NCBI GenBank assembly: GCA_951406725.2
Contig: OX597830.1
Location: forward strand, 18,724,001-18,788,000
From: Octopus vulgaris
Taxonomy: Eukaryota
DNA: 64,000 bases
Reading direction: 5' to 3'
Positions 26,579-38,339 of this stretch are shown piece after piece. The first letter of the stretch is position 1, and every line of letters begins with the position of its first letter. The notes beneath the pieces were generated by a model that was not told the DNA's origin, made no database searches, and saw only the letters and a list, made by a program, of their open reading frames with translations. A program made the translations under genes and the position numbers.

Positions 26579-26612
26579 TAATATGTAATTGGCTCTCTGA
26601 TTGCTCTTACAG

Positions 26613-26774
26613 AAACCCTATGTATGCAAGGCTCCCAACTGTACAAAGCGTTACACAGATCCCAGCTCACTGAGGAAACATGTGAAAACAGTGCACGGTC
26701 CTGAGTTTTATGCCAATAAGAAGCACAAAGGCAATGAACATGGCCATTGTAACCCAAAGACAGAACCAGATCAT
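26613..26774 (+). CDS. Gli: Gli coding exon k, ZF5 and basic NLS-like segment
   Basis: Encodes [40 protein letters not shown]. ttacag acceptor, GTGAGT donor. Confidence 0.97.
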
Positions 26775-27767
26775 GTGAGTAAAATCCAGATTTTTTTTGT
26801 ACATTTGTTTGTGTTTGTGAAAGTTTTCAGTATGTTAATAACTTGTATTCTTATTTGATATCAGTAAAGAGAACCATCCGAACGTGGCTGTTGCCAGCGC
26901 TGCCCCGACTGGCCCGTAAAAAGCACCATTTGATCATGGCCATTGCCAGCCTCATCTAGCCCCTGTGCCGGTGGCACATAAAAAGCACCCACTACACACA
27001 TGGAGTGGTTGGCGTTAGGAAGGGCATCCAGCTGTAGAAACATTGCCAGATCAGACTGGGCCTGGTGCAGCCTTCTGGCTTCCCAGACCCCAGCTGAACC
27101 GTCCAACCCATGCTAGCATGGAAAGCGGACGCTAAATGATGATGAAAATGATGATGATGATGATTGAGGAGGATGTGAAAAAATACAGAACTAAAAAGAA
27201 TAACAATGTCTAACACGATTTTTGTCCTTGGGTAGCAACTGTTATTTCCTATTTGCTTACCCCTAGAAAGTATGAAAAAACGGTTAATATTTCCTTCAAA
27301 CTTTGCTTTTCTTACACTTTAACAAACACCAAAGGATCCCTCTCAACACATGGCTATGATGCTCCTTCACTATTCCTGCTCCTGATCAGAGATGCACATA
27401 TTGTCAGCCGCTAAGAGACATGCTCAAGTGGTTATGGTCAAGTAACTGACAAGCAAATCTTTGGTATTGAGCAGAATATTTGCTACAACTATATTTCTGC
27501 TTCAGCAACAACTAAGTACTGAATCTATCTAAAATATAATAGATCAGTTCCAAAACATTGAAGTCCAGGTCACAAAAGCAAAGTCTGAAAGGAATAGTAG
27601 TCACTTCCTTAGATTTCTAGATAGAAGCAAATAGGAATTAACACTTACTGACCAAAGAGAAAAATAAAAATAAAATAAAATTTTGTTACAGTGTAATGAT
27701 TATGGTGAGAAATATTTGACCAAACAAAAACAGGTTAAGGTGTTCACTTTGTAATATGCAAAGACTA

Positions 27768-27986
27768 TGAGGTGGGTGCTGAAAAGTTCCTGGCTTTGGG
27801 TAAAAGAAAATACAGGAAGATCAGTTAATTATGATTTTGTTTAACATATCCCCCTCTCAGATTCACACACTTATTGCAGCATTTTCTCAGTTTTTCTAAG
27901 CCCTGTAAAAGAACCCAGAAGGTTGGACTTCCAACCAAGCCTTTCATGATAGCCTTAATGCCAGGAACTTAACAGCATGTCTTTGT
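27768..27986. mobile_element. mariner-type MITE (degenerate)
   Basis: gctgaaaagttcctggc / gccaggaacttaacagc inverted ends, TA flanks. Confidence 0.55.
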
Positions 27987-28210
27987 ACAAAGACCCTTCA
28001 GCAGGTGTGCAGATGTTTTCTGATGTAGCTTTTCATTGACTAATACTTTATGAATGAAATGAAATTTGTGTGAAAGCTCCCACTACCCATATAAACATAC
28101 CTGAACGCTTTTTATGTAACCTTGTTGGTTTTTTTCATCTCTTTTTTTCTTTTTACTCTTTATTTTTGTTTTTGATTTAAATTTTCCCCCCCTCTTTTCT
28201 GACATTTCAG

Positions 28211-28312
28211 AATAAAGACTATAAAGATGATGGCAATAACAAAAAGGTTGAAGATTGTTTAACTGTGACATCTCTTCAAGTGGCTTCTTCATCACACCGG
28301 AGAAAACCTCGA
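28211..28312 (+). CDS. Gli: Gli coding exon l (102 nt, phase 0/0)
   Basis: tttcag acceptor, CGA/GTGAGT donor. Open frame NKDYKDDGNNKKVEDCLTVTSLQ, similar to GLI3 REECLQVKTV. Confidence 0.8.
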
Positions 28313-28894
28313 GTGAGTTTGGTCTTTTTCTTAAGGTTTACTTTTTTTCATTTTAATTTTCAAACTGATTCCAAGCATTTAGTACAAGTTTATGGCATAC
28401 CAGGCAAGTGTATTCTTAAATTGCTCCAGGCTGACCAAAGCTTTGTGTATGTATCTGATGGACAGAAACTGAAAACCCATTACATATATATGTATATATA
28501 TAAATTGAAATCAAATTCGATGACTGGCATCCGTGCTAGTGAAGTGCTAAAAGTACCATACAAGTGTGATCGTTGCCAGAGCAACAAGCTGGCCTCTGTG
28601 CCGGTGGCACATAAAAAACACCATTCGAGCATGATCATTACCTGCGTCGCCTTACTGGCACTTGTGCTGGTGGCACATGAAAAAACATTCGAGCTAGGTC
28701 GTTGCCAGTGCCGCTGGACTGGCTCCTCTACAAGTGACACATAAAAAGCACCATTTGAGTGTGGCCGTTGCCAGTACCGCGTGACTGGCCCTCGTGCCAG
28801 TGGCACTTAAAAGCACCCACTACACTCTCAGAGTGGTTGGCGTTAGGAAGGGCATCCAGCTGTAGAAACTCTGCCAGATCAAGATTGGAGTCTT

Positions 28895-29570
28895 GGCATT
28901 AGCCACGTTTGGATGGTACTTTTTACATGCCCTCGGCACAAGAGCCAGTCAGGCGGACCTGGCATCAACCACGTTTGGACAGTGCTTTTTACATGCCAGT
29001 CAGGCGGCACTGGCCACAGCTACGATATTGGTTTTATTTGACTCAACAGGTCTTCTGAAGCATATCATATCGCCCGACGTATCAGGGGTGCTCTTAACTG
29101 GGCCGAACATGCATGGCTGGCATCTCACTTTAGTTTCTGGATCTTCTCAATCACAGCATATCTCCTAAAGTGTCAGTTTCCCGTCATTGCTTCTGTGAGG
29201 CCTAATGTTTGAAGGTCATATTTCACTACCTCTTCCTATGTCTTCCTGGGTGTACCTGTTCCACAGGTTCCCTCCACAGTTAAGGAGTGGCATTTCCTCA
29301 CACAGCTCTCCTCATCCATATGTAACACATGACCATGCTGGTGCAGTCATCTCTCTTGCATACCATATTTGATGCTTCTTATGCCCAACTTTTTTCTCAG
29401 AGCGCTTACACTCTGTTGTGTATGTACACTGACATTACACATCCAGCGGAGCATACTAGCTTCATTTCTTTCAAGCCTATGCATACCTTCAGCAGTCATG
29501 GCCCATGTTTCATTGCCATGTAGTATGACACTTCACACACATGCATCATACAGTCTACCTTTCATCCTGA
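28895..29570 (-). mobile_element. RTE-clade LINE 3' fragment
   Basis: - strand HGHVLHMDEESCVRKCHSLTVEGTCGTGTPRKT matches the RTE C-terminal WxGHVxRM...GxRxRGRPRKTW motif. Confidence 0.75.
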
Positions 29571-30379
29571 ACGGAGGTGTGTGTATATGTGTGTGGAGGC
29601 ACGTGGCTTAGTGGTTAGGGTGTCAGCATCATGATCGTAAGATTGTGGTTTCGATTCCTGGACCGGGTGACGCATTGTGTTCCTGAGCAAAACACTTGAT
29701 TTCACGTTGCTCCAATCTACTCAGCTGGCAAAAATGAGCAACGCTGCGATGGACTGGCGTCCCGTCCATTTGGGGAACACATACACTATGGAAACCAGGA
29801 AACCAGGCCCATGAACCTGGCTAGGCTTTAAAAGGGCGCATTTATTTATTTTATATATGTGTGTGTGTGTCTCTTTGTCTTGACCTTGTGTGATTCTTGT
29901 AAGTGAATGTCATTCATTTCCATTATTCTGCAAAAACATGTCTGGCTGCGAGGAGATATGATGTTACTTGCATGGAAACACATAAATCTAGCAGCACATT
30001 TATCCTTAGAAACTCTGCCTTAATAAATTCTATCTGACCCGTGAATGCATGGAAAAGTAAATGTTAAATGACAATGATGATAGCCTAGTGATGACAACGA
30101 CCATATATAATACAGTTGGCCGGGTCTCTGATACAGTGGTTGGGAATGAGAACTGAAGGCAAGCCTAATGTTTTATATTTGCTAATAACATGTTTAGGGG
30201 TAGAGAGAAAAATAGGGGCAACTGGAAGAGACAGAAAAACTGTTGGGTGCAGATCTATTGATGACAGCATGATGGTTAGAGTTGAATTTGAAAGAAGTGG
30301 AAATTAGAGAAGTAATTTCAGGAATTTCTGCATATTTTGGCAACAGAGGGTTATTCAAGCAAATAAAAAAATTATATGC

Positions 30380-31060
30380 TAGAAATAGCAATCATATTTC
30401 CTGCAAACCACACTGTCGTCTTTGAGAAGGAAGGATGCTATGTATAAATTATTCTTAGATATGTATTTCGGCAACAATGAGTTAATTGAGCAAAGGAAGA
30501 AGTGATTTGCTTGAAATAGAAATAGCAGTCAAATCGCCATGAAATCACACAGTATTATCTTAAAGAAAAAAGGACATATTGAATAATGTAGTCTTAGATA
30601 CATATTTTAGCAACAAATAATTACCTGAAGAGAAGAAGAATTGATTTACTTGAAATAGCAGTCAAATCTTTCTCAAATCATACCATATTATTTTTAAGAA
30701 GGAAGGAAAGATTGGATAATGCAGGCTTAGATAAATATTTTGGTAACAAATAGTTATTTGAGCAAAGGAAATGATTTTGCTTTTCTAGAAATAGCAATAC
30801 TATCTCCCTCAAATCACACTCTATCTTTCAGAAAGGACTCATTAAATAATGTAATCTTAGGTACACTATGTCCAAAACCTGTGGATTACATTTCTGTTCA
30901 AGACATCAGGGAAGTCTTTGTGGGGCCTCTGAGTTTGCTGGAAATAAGAAAAATTTCCTTCAAATCCCACTTTACCATCCTAAAACAATGAGGAGCACAT
31001 TGGTTAATGTAATCCCCAATGCACTTATCCTGAAAAAGAAAAATAGTCATAACTGGAATG
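30380..31060 (+). repeat. Degenerate tandem array of ~130-bp units (about 5)
   Basis: Recurrent gaaatagcagtcaaatc...aaatcacac...gataatg...cttagata at about 30382, 30518, 30652, 30788 and 30940. Confidence 0.7.
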
Positions 31061-31289
31061 TGTTTGATCACAGGTCTGCCTGATCTTTGATGGTCCTGAA
31101 CTAAACAACAACAACAACAAAGAATTATTTTCTCTGCATGAAATGTAAGTTGTAAAATGTATGATTTTGTTGCTTTTGTGGTGGTGGTCATGGTGGTGGT
31201 GGTTATGATGGTGGTGGTGGTGGTGGTGGTGGTGGTGGTTGCAGTAGTGGAAGTTCTATTTTGTCTTTGATTTAACATGTCTGGGGGAA

Positions 31290-31625
31290 GACCCCCTTCG
31301 GTCATGAATGACCATGGGATTGCACCTGGAAAGTTATCTTCCGAGACACAAGTCCCGACAAGGTTGTTTATGGAAGACCAGCAGTTGCCCATGCATACCA
31401 GCCTCCCCTCTCCATGCCACCAGTGATATCCAAGGGAAAGGTTAAGGGGCCAATACAGCTTGGCACCAGTGATGTCGCAACTCATTTCTACAGCTGAGTT
31501 AACTGGAGCAATGTGAAATAAAGTGTCTTGCTCAAGAACACAACATGCAGCCAGGTCCGGGATTCAGACTCACAATCTCACGATCGTAAGCTCGACGCTC
31601 TAACCACTGAGTCATGCGCCTTCAC
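31290..31625 (-). mobile_element. tRNA-derived SINE, third family (copies at 24412-24605, 37500-37830)
   Basis: tRNA head on the - strand, central ttgagcaagacactttatttcac domain, shared 3' tail ending catgaccgaagggg. Confidence 0.75.
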
Positions 31626-31916
31626 AACATGTCTATAAGATCACATTTAACCTGTTTATAAGATCTAACATGTCCATAAGAGGCACACGTATGTGATCTG
31701 AAGATAATTTTCATCTATGCCTCTGTTTTCTCCACCCTTTATTCTTAAGAGGATCATGGTAGGAGAGTCCTCATGCACATCCTTCTTTGGGTCCTGTCAA
31801 AAGCAACCATCATTACACTTTCCAGCTGAACTCCCAACTGAAACTATAGATATTATCCAACCATCCCATTCTTGGTCTACCCCTAGGTCTCCAGCCTCTT
31901 GGTTCAGCTTGGAGAA

Positions 31917-32351
31917 TCAATGTGGGTTATTCTCAATTAATGACTTGATTTGGTCATCATCTGTAGAGGATGGTCTGCCTGATCGTTCTTTATCAATAAT
32001 GCTACAATCTCCAGCTTGGAACCTTGCGAACCACTTCCATACAGTTCTTTCGGATAAAAAAACTTTTCCGTAAACTGCACATATTTCTTTAGTTGCTTGT
32101 GAGGCACTTTTTCCTATACGGAAAAAGAAAAGCATCAAGTGCCGAAAATGAACTTTTTTATCTTCCATTTTAAAGGGTTACAGAATTAACACAGGTTATA
32201 GGAACATAACCCTTCTTCCACGAAAAGATAGCTTAAACTGTGCTCTAAATGGAGGTGTAGTCAAATCCTGTTTTATGGACCCAACCATATTCTAAAATAA
32301 GTCGAAATGTAACCTACTATAAATCGGGATGAACTTTCCGGACAACCCAAT
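31917..32351 (-). mobile_element. Truncated mariner element: left TIR and N-terminal HTH of the transposase (pseudogene)
   Basis: MEDKKVHFRHLMLFFFRIGKSASQATKEICAVYG...SERTVWKWFARFQAGD...ERSGRPS. TIR tattgggttgtccggaaagttc on the - strand. Confidence 0.88.
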
Positions 32352-32779
32352 AGATTAGCTTTGACTGAGCAGACCTATGGTCAAGAATGTTTTAGCCATA
32401 ACCATCCTATATTTTATTGTTCAGGAATAGTGTATCTAAGACTACGTTATTCAGTGAATCTCTCCTTTCATAAGTCAGTAGAGAGGAAGAAATTTAGCTT
32501 TTTTTTCTAACTACTCTAGCAACCACATAGGGGTTCCTCTAGTTCGTGTGATATGCTGTTACAAGCAATGACAGCACTCTAAAATTGATTAACTTTCTAT
32601 TGACTTGAAGTTTTAAGTTCAGTCCTTCTCACGAGAAAAACAACTTCTGATATGATATTCTATTGCGCCATTGGTTTTTTTCTTTCTTTCTTCCTCTTTT
32701 TCTTTTTTCGCTTATGTTGGTATTTCCTTTGGTTTGGGATTTGTATTTTAATGTGGTTTTATATCATTTACATACATGT

Positions 32780-33038
32780 TTATATAAAATATTCTATAAT
32801 TACATACATAATTATAATCAGGAGTCAGCCAATTGCTTCGCCACGTACCGAAATTAGAAATAGACACTAATGTCAATTCAAACTACCATAAGTATCTCTG
32901 AGACAATAACACACTTTTTTTTTTTATTACTTATGGCAGTTTGAATTGACATTAGCGTCTATTTCTAATTTCGATATGTGGCGAAGCAATTAGCTGACCC
33001 CTGATTATAATTATATAATTATAGAATATTTTGTATAA
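32780..33038. repeat. Fold-back (~115-bp arms, ~30-bp spacer) within a larger AT-rich insertion
   Basis: 32780-32895 is the reverse complement of 32927-33038. Confidence 0.85.
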
Positions 33039-33091
33039 TTGACCTAAAAAGGTTATTTTTAACGTACTGACTATTTGGTAGAATTATTAAT

Positions 33092-33531
33092 GGATCTTTT
33101 CGGTTTGAATGGCAGTTTTTTCTAGCGGTGTCATATGAAATTGTCACCCATAATTATGACCCTAGTATCGATCTATTGCATTTCAATCTCTGTTATGGTT
33201 AGGGTTAGTTAGGGTTAGAGTTAGTGTTAGGGGTGGGGGAAGGGTATCCTTTTTTTTCTTCACAAATGTAAATAAACCTAATCTGTTTCTTAAACGGGGG
33301 ACATATTCATACGGCACAGAATGCTTTTTAACTCAATAGACGTCAATGATTGGTTGAAATTGCAGAAATTGAAGGAAAAAAACAACAAATATCTTACAAA
33401 CCATAGAATTTTCTCAATAAAGCCAAAAGAAAAAAATCTTTTATAAACACATTCTACCAGTTTACGAAGTTAAAAATTTTTTAGTTACTTAAAAATTATG
33501 TTAAAAACTGCCGTTCAAACCGAAAAGATCC
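33092..33531. mobile_element. GGATC-terminated MITE with telomere-like GGGTTA repeats
   Basis: TIRs, perfect 8-bp TSD ttattaat. Inverted copy of 3550-3959. Confidence 0.88.
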
Positions 33532-34357
33532 TTATTAATTAATTAATTAACCGGTTAATTAATTAATCTTACCCCATATTATTATACATGTTTATATATG
33601 TAATTATTAAATTATCAAAATTTTCAATAAATATGGTTATGTACTAAGAAATTAAAAGAAAAATAACGGTACCTTCTAAGTGGAGATTTATTTCTTACTA
33701 GCCGAATATCTCAGAAAGCGGGTTCGAGTTGAGATTTGTCATTGTGATAGAAAAAATAAAAAGGTAATTGGACAAGGGAAATAACTTTTGCCCATCCTGA
33801 ATCAAACCTAAATGTAAGGGAAATAACTCCCATCTTTACCCGTCGAACCATTTTTCTTGAATTTCTCCCATGAATTGTTCGCTGAGTCGTAAATACTTCG
33901 TTATAGCCGCTTAGGTTCCACTTTGTCTTTCTTTCTAGTGGGGATCATGTATACTTATCAATGTCAATAAAATAAAGGACCAATATTGTACTGGAGTTCA
34001 TTCAGGCAACCGTACTTACTCATCTACAATCTATCTTTTATCTTGTTTCAATTATTAGACTGTGGCCATGCTGGAGGCACTGCCTTGAGAAATTTTAGTG
34101 GAACTAATCGACCCTAATACTTGTTTACTTTTTAAGCCTAGCACTTATTCTATCGGTTTTCTTTTACCGAACTGCTAAGTTATGGGGACGTAAACACACT
34201 AACACCAGTTGTCAAACAGTGATGGGGAACAAAGATACAGACATATATATATATACCGGAGTAAGCACATAAATGTGAAACAAAGTGGAAAAAAGAGTAC
34301 CCAAATACCAGAGGTAGAGTAATATGCTTTATTTAAAAGCACCGGAAATATAACAAA

Positions 34358-34399
34358 AGCTGTCCGACAAACGGGAACGTGAAACTCCGAGTAACAGCT
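34358..34399 (+). ncRNA. Type I hammerhead-like motif (degenerate core) inside a small fold-back insertion 34255-34435
   Basis: agctgt-CCGACAA-acg ggaa cgt-GAAA-ctc c gag-TA-acagct. Confidence 0.5.
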
Positions 34400-34774
34400 G
34401 TTTTTATATTTCTGCTGCTTTTAAATAAAGTATATATATATATATGTACATATATATACAGGCTTCTTTCAGTTTCCATCTACCAAATCCACTCACAAGG
34501 TTTTAGTTGGCCCAAGGCCATAGTAGACGACACTTGCCTGTGGCGTTGCACAGTGGAAGTGAACCCTGAACCATGTGGTTGGGAAGCAAAATTCTTATCA
34601 CACAGCCACACTTGCTTATAAAATTGTTTGTAAGTGGTGTGAGGACAACTCTAGATTCAAACCTTCACTACCTGTTAGCTATTTTCAGTTATGGAAAGAC
34701 CATTATGATGATGACGAAGACAACCACCACCACCACAGCTATCCTAATAAATAGTTAAAGGTATAGGTATCTAA

Positions 34775-35343
34775 AAGGCAGCGAGCTGGCAGAAACGTTA
34801 GCACGACAGGCGAAATTCTTAGCGGTACTTCATCTGCCGTTACATTCTGTGTTCAAATTCCGCCGAGGTCAACTTTGCCTTTCATCCTTTTGGGGTCGAT
34901 TAAATAAGTACTAGTTACGCACTGGGGTCGATATAATCGACTTAATCCGTTTGTTTGTCCTCTCTGTGTTTAGCCCATTGTGGGTAGTAAAGAAATAGGT
35001 ATTTCGTCTGCTGCTACGTTCTGAGTTCAAATTCCTCTGAGGTCGACTTTGCCTTTCATCCTTTCGGGGTTGATTAAATAAGTACCAGTTATGCACTAGG
35101 GTCGATATAATCGACTTAATCTGTTTGTTTGTCCTCTCTGTGTTTAGCCCCTTGTGGGTAGTAAAGAAATAGGTATTTCGTCTGCTGCTACATTGTTAGT
35201 TCAAATTCCGCCGAGGTTGACTTTGCCTTTCATCCTTTCGGGGTCAATTAAATAAGTACCAGTTACGCACAGGGGTCGATATAACTGACTTAATCCATTT
35301 GTCCTCTCTGTATTTAGCCCCTTGTGGGTAGTAAAGAAATAGG
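34775..35343 (+). mobile_element. Trimeric concatemer of the Meta-like SINE
   Basis: One head plus three body units joined at aagaaatag/gtatttcgtc; flanking duplication aggtataggtatctaa. Confidence 0.85.
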
Positions 35344-35454
35344 TATAGGTATCTAAGCATAAAACAAAAGACTTGTTTAACCTCTAACTAACATAAAGAA
35401 AGTGGAAATAAAACATTTTAAAATGAGACGTTAATTTTTATGTTTCTGTTACAG

Positions 35455-35652
35455 GATACAATGAGTTCCTCAACTGGACCAAGCCATCAGTTATCTCCAG
35501 ACAGCAGTCCTGAAGTAAATGTTACATGCAGTACTGACCACCATAATGATCTGATTGAGGACCATATTACTGGAGGTTCACAGATTACTAGTACAGTGAA
35601 CACAGATGCCCTCGAGGAAGAATCTGATATCCCAGATGTTGATGAAGTTGAT
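35455..35652 (+). CDS. Gli: Gli coding exon m (198 nt, phase 0/0)
   Basis: gttacag acceptor, GAT/GTAAGT donor. Ser/acidic open frame DTMSSSTGPSHQLSPDSSPE...DVDEVD. Confidence 0.85.
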
Positions 35653-35776
35653 GTAAGTAAAGAAAAAATTTGTTCCTGTGCAATAAATTAACTGCTTATC
35701 AGATACTTTAATGATCTAGCCATGTATATACATTATTTACATTTGATGGATATTTGTCCCCATCTTGTTTGTTGTT

Positions 35777-35822
35777 AACACAACGTTTAGGCTGATGTAT
35801 GCTCCAGCCTTCATCAGGTGTC
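35777..35822 (-). ncRNA. Type I minimal hammerhead ribozyme motif (- arm; G12 mutated)
   Basis: Reverse complement: gacac-CTGATGA-a-ggctg gagcatacat cagcc-TAAA-cg-TT-gtgtt. Confidence 0.6.
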
Positions 35823-36121
35823 TTGGGGAAATTTCAAAACTGGGTTCTCATTCCTAAGGTATTTTTCAATGTTATTATTATTATTGTTCAGGTCACTGCT
35901 TGGAATCGAACTTGGAATGTTGGGGTTAGTAGCCTGTGCTCTTAACCACTACACCATATGCCTGTGGGCATAGTGGCTAAGAGCGCGGGCTACTAACCCC
36001 AAGATTCCGAGTTCGATTCCAAGCAGTGACCTGAACAATAACAACGATAATAATAATAATAATAAATAACAACATCGAAAAATACCTTAGGAATGAGCAC
36101 CCAGGTTTGAAATTTTCCCAG

Positions 36122-36164
36122 GACACCTGATGAAGGCCAGAGGGCATATCAGCCGAAACGTGTT
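36122..36164 (+). ncRNA. Type I minimal hammerhead ribozyme motif (+ arm; small deletion at the cleavage site)
   Basis: gacac-CTGATGA-a-ggc cagagggcatatca gcc-GAAA-cg-tgtt. Confidence 0.65.
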
Positions 36165-37143
36165 AACAACAAACAAGATGATGCAGATGTGTTGCAGGAA
36201 TGCTCATTTTTGCCACCTGAGTGGATTGAAGCAACATTAATTGAAGTGTTTTGCTCAAGAATACAATGCATCGTTCAGTCCAGGAATCGAAACCACTAAG
36301 CTGTCATCATCATCATCTAACGTCCATTCTCCATGCTGCCATAGGATCGATGGTTTAACTGGAGATGCCAAGCTGGAGGGTTGCACCAGATCCCTGTCAT
36401 CTGTTTTGGCATGTTTTCTATGGCTGGATGCCCTTCCTAATGCCAACCACTTTACAGTGTACTGGCTGCTTTTACATGTCAGCTTTTTATGTGATGTTTT
36501 GACGTGGGTGCCTTTTATGTGGCACCAGCACAGGTGCCATTACATGGTGCCGGTATGAGTGCTTTATACTTGGTGTTGGCATGGATGCCTTTTATGTGAT
36601 GACAGCATAGGGGCCTTTTTACACTTTTTAAGGGGTGCCAGGACTGCAATGCATTTTTTAAATGTACATCTTTGACAGATTGCTTGGCAAATGCTTTTTT
36701 GATACCAGCCAATCATCTCAGTACTATGAGGAATATAAACAATCATTGTAGTGTATGATTCTCAAGAGGAGAAACTGTGGAATTGAAGGAACCTGGTGAT
36801 GGCTTGCAGTGGGACTGAACACAGAACCATGTGGTTGGGAAGTGAAATTTCTAACCATAAAGCAATGCAAGATAATAGATATGATAAAGCATAAGCCATA
36901 ATAAGATATAAACCACAATAAGATATACTCATGACAAGTTATAAAAAATGAAAAAAATATAAACCGTGACAGGATATAAAACTGAGCAAGTTGTGAGATA
37001 TTTTATTGATTTGGTCCATAATATTGATAGTCCATAATATTCAGATAAACATTTTGAAATACTTTAAAAATTGACCTTGTAACCCTGTTTTTTTTTTTTT
37101 CTTATAAAGCAATACATTTAGTTTAATTTGTTTCTTCAAACAG

Positions 37144-37285
37144 ATTCCTTGGCAAAATACTTTGGTGACTCGAACCAACCGTCTCAATACTGCCAGGAAT
37201 ATAAACTCCAAACTAAAAGGAAGAGTCTTAAATAAAACGCCAGCCATGTCCATTCTTCCAGAACTTCCTAATGTAATGAATAATG
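37144..37285 (+). CDS. Gli: Gli coding exon n (phase 0/1)
   Basis: caaacag acceptor, G/GTAAGA donor. Open frame IPWQNTLVTRTNRLNTARNINSKLKGRVLNKTPAMSILPELP. Needed to change phase 0 to 1 before the last exon. Confidence 0.8.
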
Positions 37286-37352
37286 GTAAGATACAGACAT
37301 TTAATTACTAACTGTACTTTCCTTTCCTTACCTAGCTCTTTTCCCCTCTTCC

Positions 37353-37409
<57 letters not shown>

Positions 37410-38339
37410 TTGTATATATAAATATATGTGTGTGTGTGTTTGTATATATAAATATATGCGTGTGTGTGTTTGTGTATATATAAGTACATGTGTGTGAGGA
37501 GACCGCCTTCAGTAATGAATGACCATTGGATTGCACCTAGAAATTTACCCTCCAAGGCACAAGTCCAGGCAAGGTTGTTTTGTGGAGGACCAGCACTCAT
37601 CCATAGATACCAGCCTCCCCTCTCCACACCACTGATGTTATCCAAGGAGAAGGCAAAGGCCAATACAGCTTGGCACCAGTGACGTCACAGCTCATTTCTA
37701 CAGCTGAGTTAACTCGAGCAACATGAAATAGTGTGTCTTGCTCAAGAACACAACACAGCCCTGTCTGGGAATCAAACTCAACCTCACGATTGTAAGCTCA
37801 ACACTCTAACCACTGAGCCACAGGCCTTCACACACGTGTGTATATATATATATGTGTGTGTGTATATGTATGTATATGTGAGTGTATATATGCATATGTG
37901 TACTCACATGGCTCCCACGTTACCATCGGCCATCTTTCTTCTTCTAATTTGCATTTCTTTCTTTCTCTCCCTTGTAGCTGGATCAAGGAAAACATGTTCT
38001 TGTCTGTCTCCTGTCCTAGCGTGATTTATACGTTCACCACCACAACCTCGTTTAGGCTTAGAAGCCCTTCCTTTTTGTTTTCACTGTCCTGTTTGTGTTA
38101 CCAACTTTGACCCTCCACAAAATCCCAAATTTGCAGGAGCAACTGCTTTATCGAAGGCGTATATTGTTGTTAAATGCTCAAAATACAAGAGTAGAAAAAA
38201 ATTCAACAACTGATGAAGGGTCATTCTTTGTGATGTTTGTCTTGTTTTCCATTCGTGTCTTTCGTTGTTCGAAAAAAACAGTTCATATTCTATGGACTCA
38301 TGCTTCGTAATTTTTTGTTATACGTTTTGTGATGTCATG

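Larger units (their letters stand above)
35723..36180. mobile_element. Head-to-head palindromic element: tRNA-like head + (AAT)n + hammerhead motif on each arm
   Basis: 35761-35960 is the reverse complement of 35968-36180. A/B boxes tagtggctaag / gagttcgattcc; CTGATGA...GAAA core. Confidence 0.8.

Noticed and set aside
28217-28243. DYKDDGNNK resembling a FLAG tag
   Set aside because: Only a partial match inside a native exon with genomic splice sites; coincidence.
28520-28815. CRISPR-like repeat/spacer appearance of GGTGGCACATAAAAAGCACC units
   Set aside because: Eukaryotic context, inter-repeat segments are homologous to each other, and no cas genes are present; this is a retroposon internal tandem repeat.
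30898-31485. 195-aa - strand ORF with poly-Thr
   Set aside because: Made of a SINE plus a (GGT)n microsatellite plus an old repeat.
35966-36032. Genuine tRNA gene (Ser-like, ACT anticodon)
   Set aside because: The acceptor stem does not pair and it is embedded in a repeat arm; treated as a SINE-type head. The same applies to the other tRNA-like heads.
38205-38285. CTGATGA...GAAA hammerhead candidate in the 37900-38340 insertion
   Set aside because: I could not draw a convincing stem II, stem III or NUH site.
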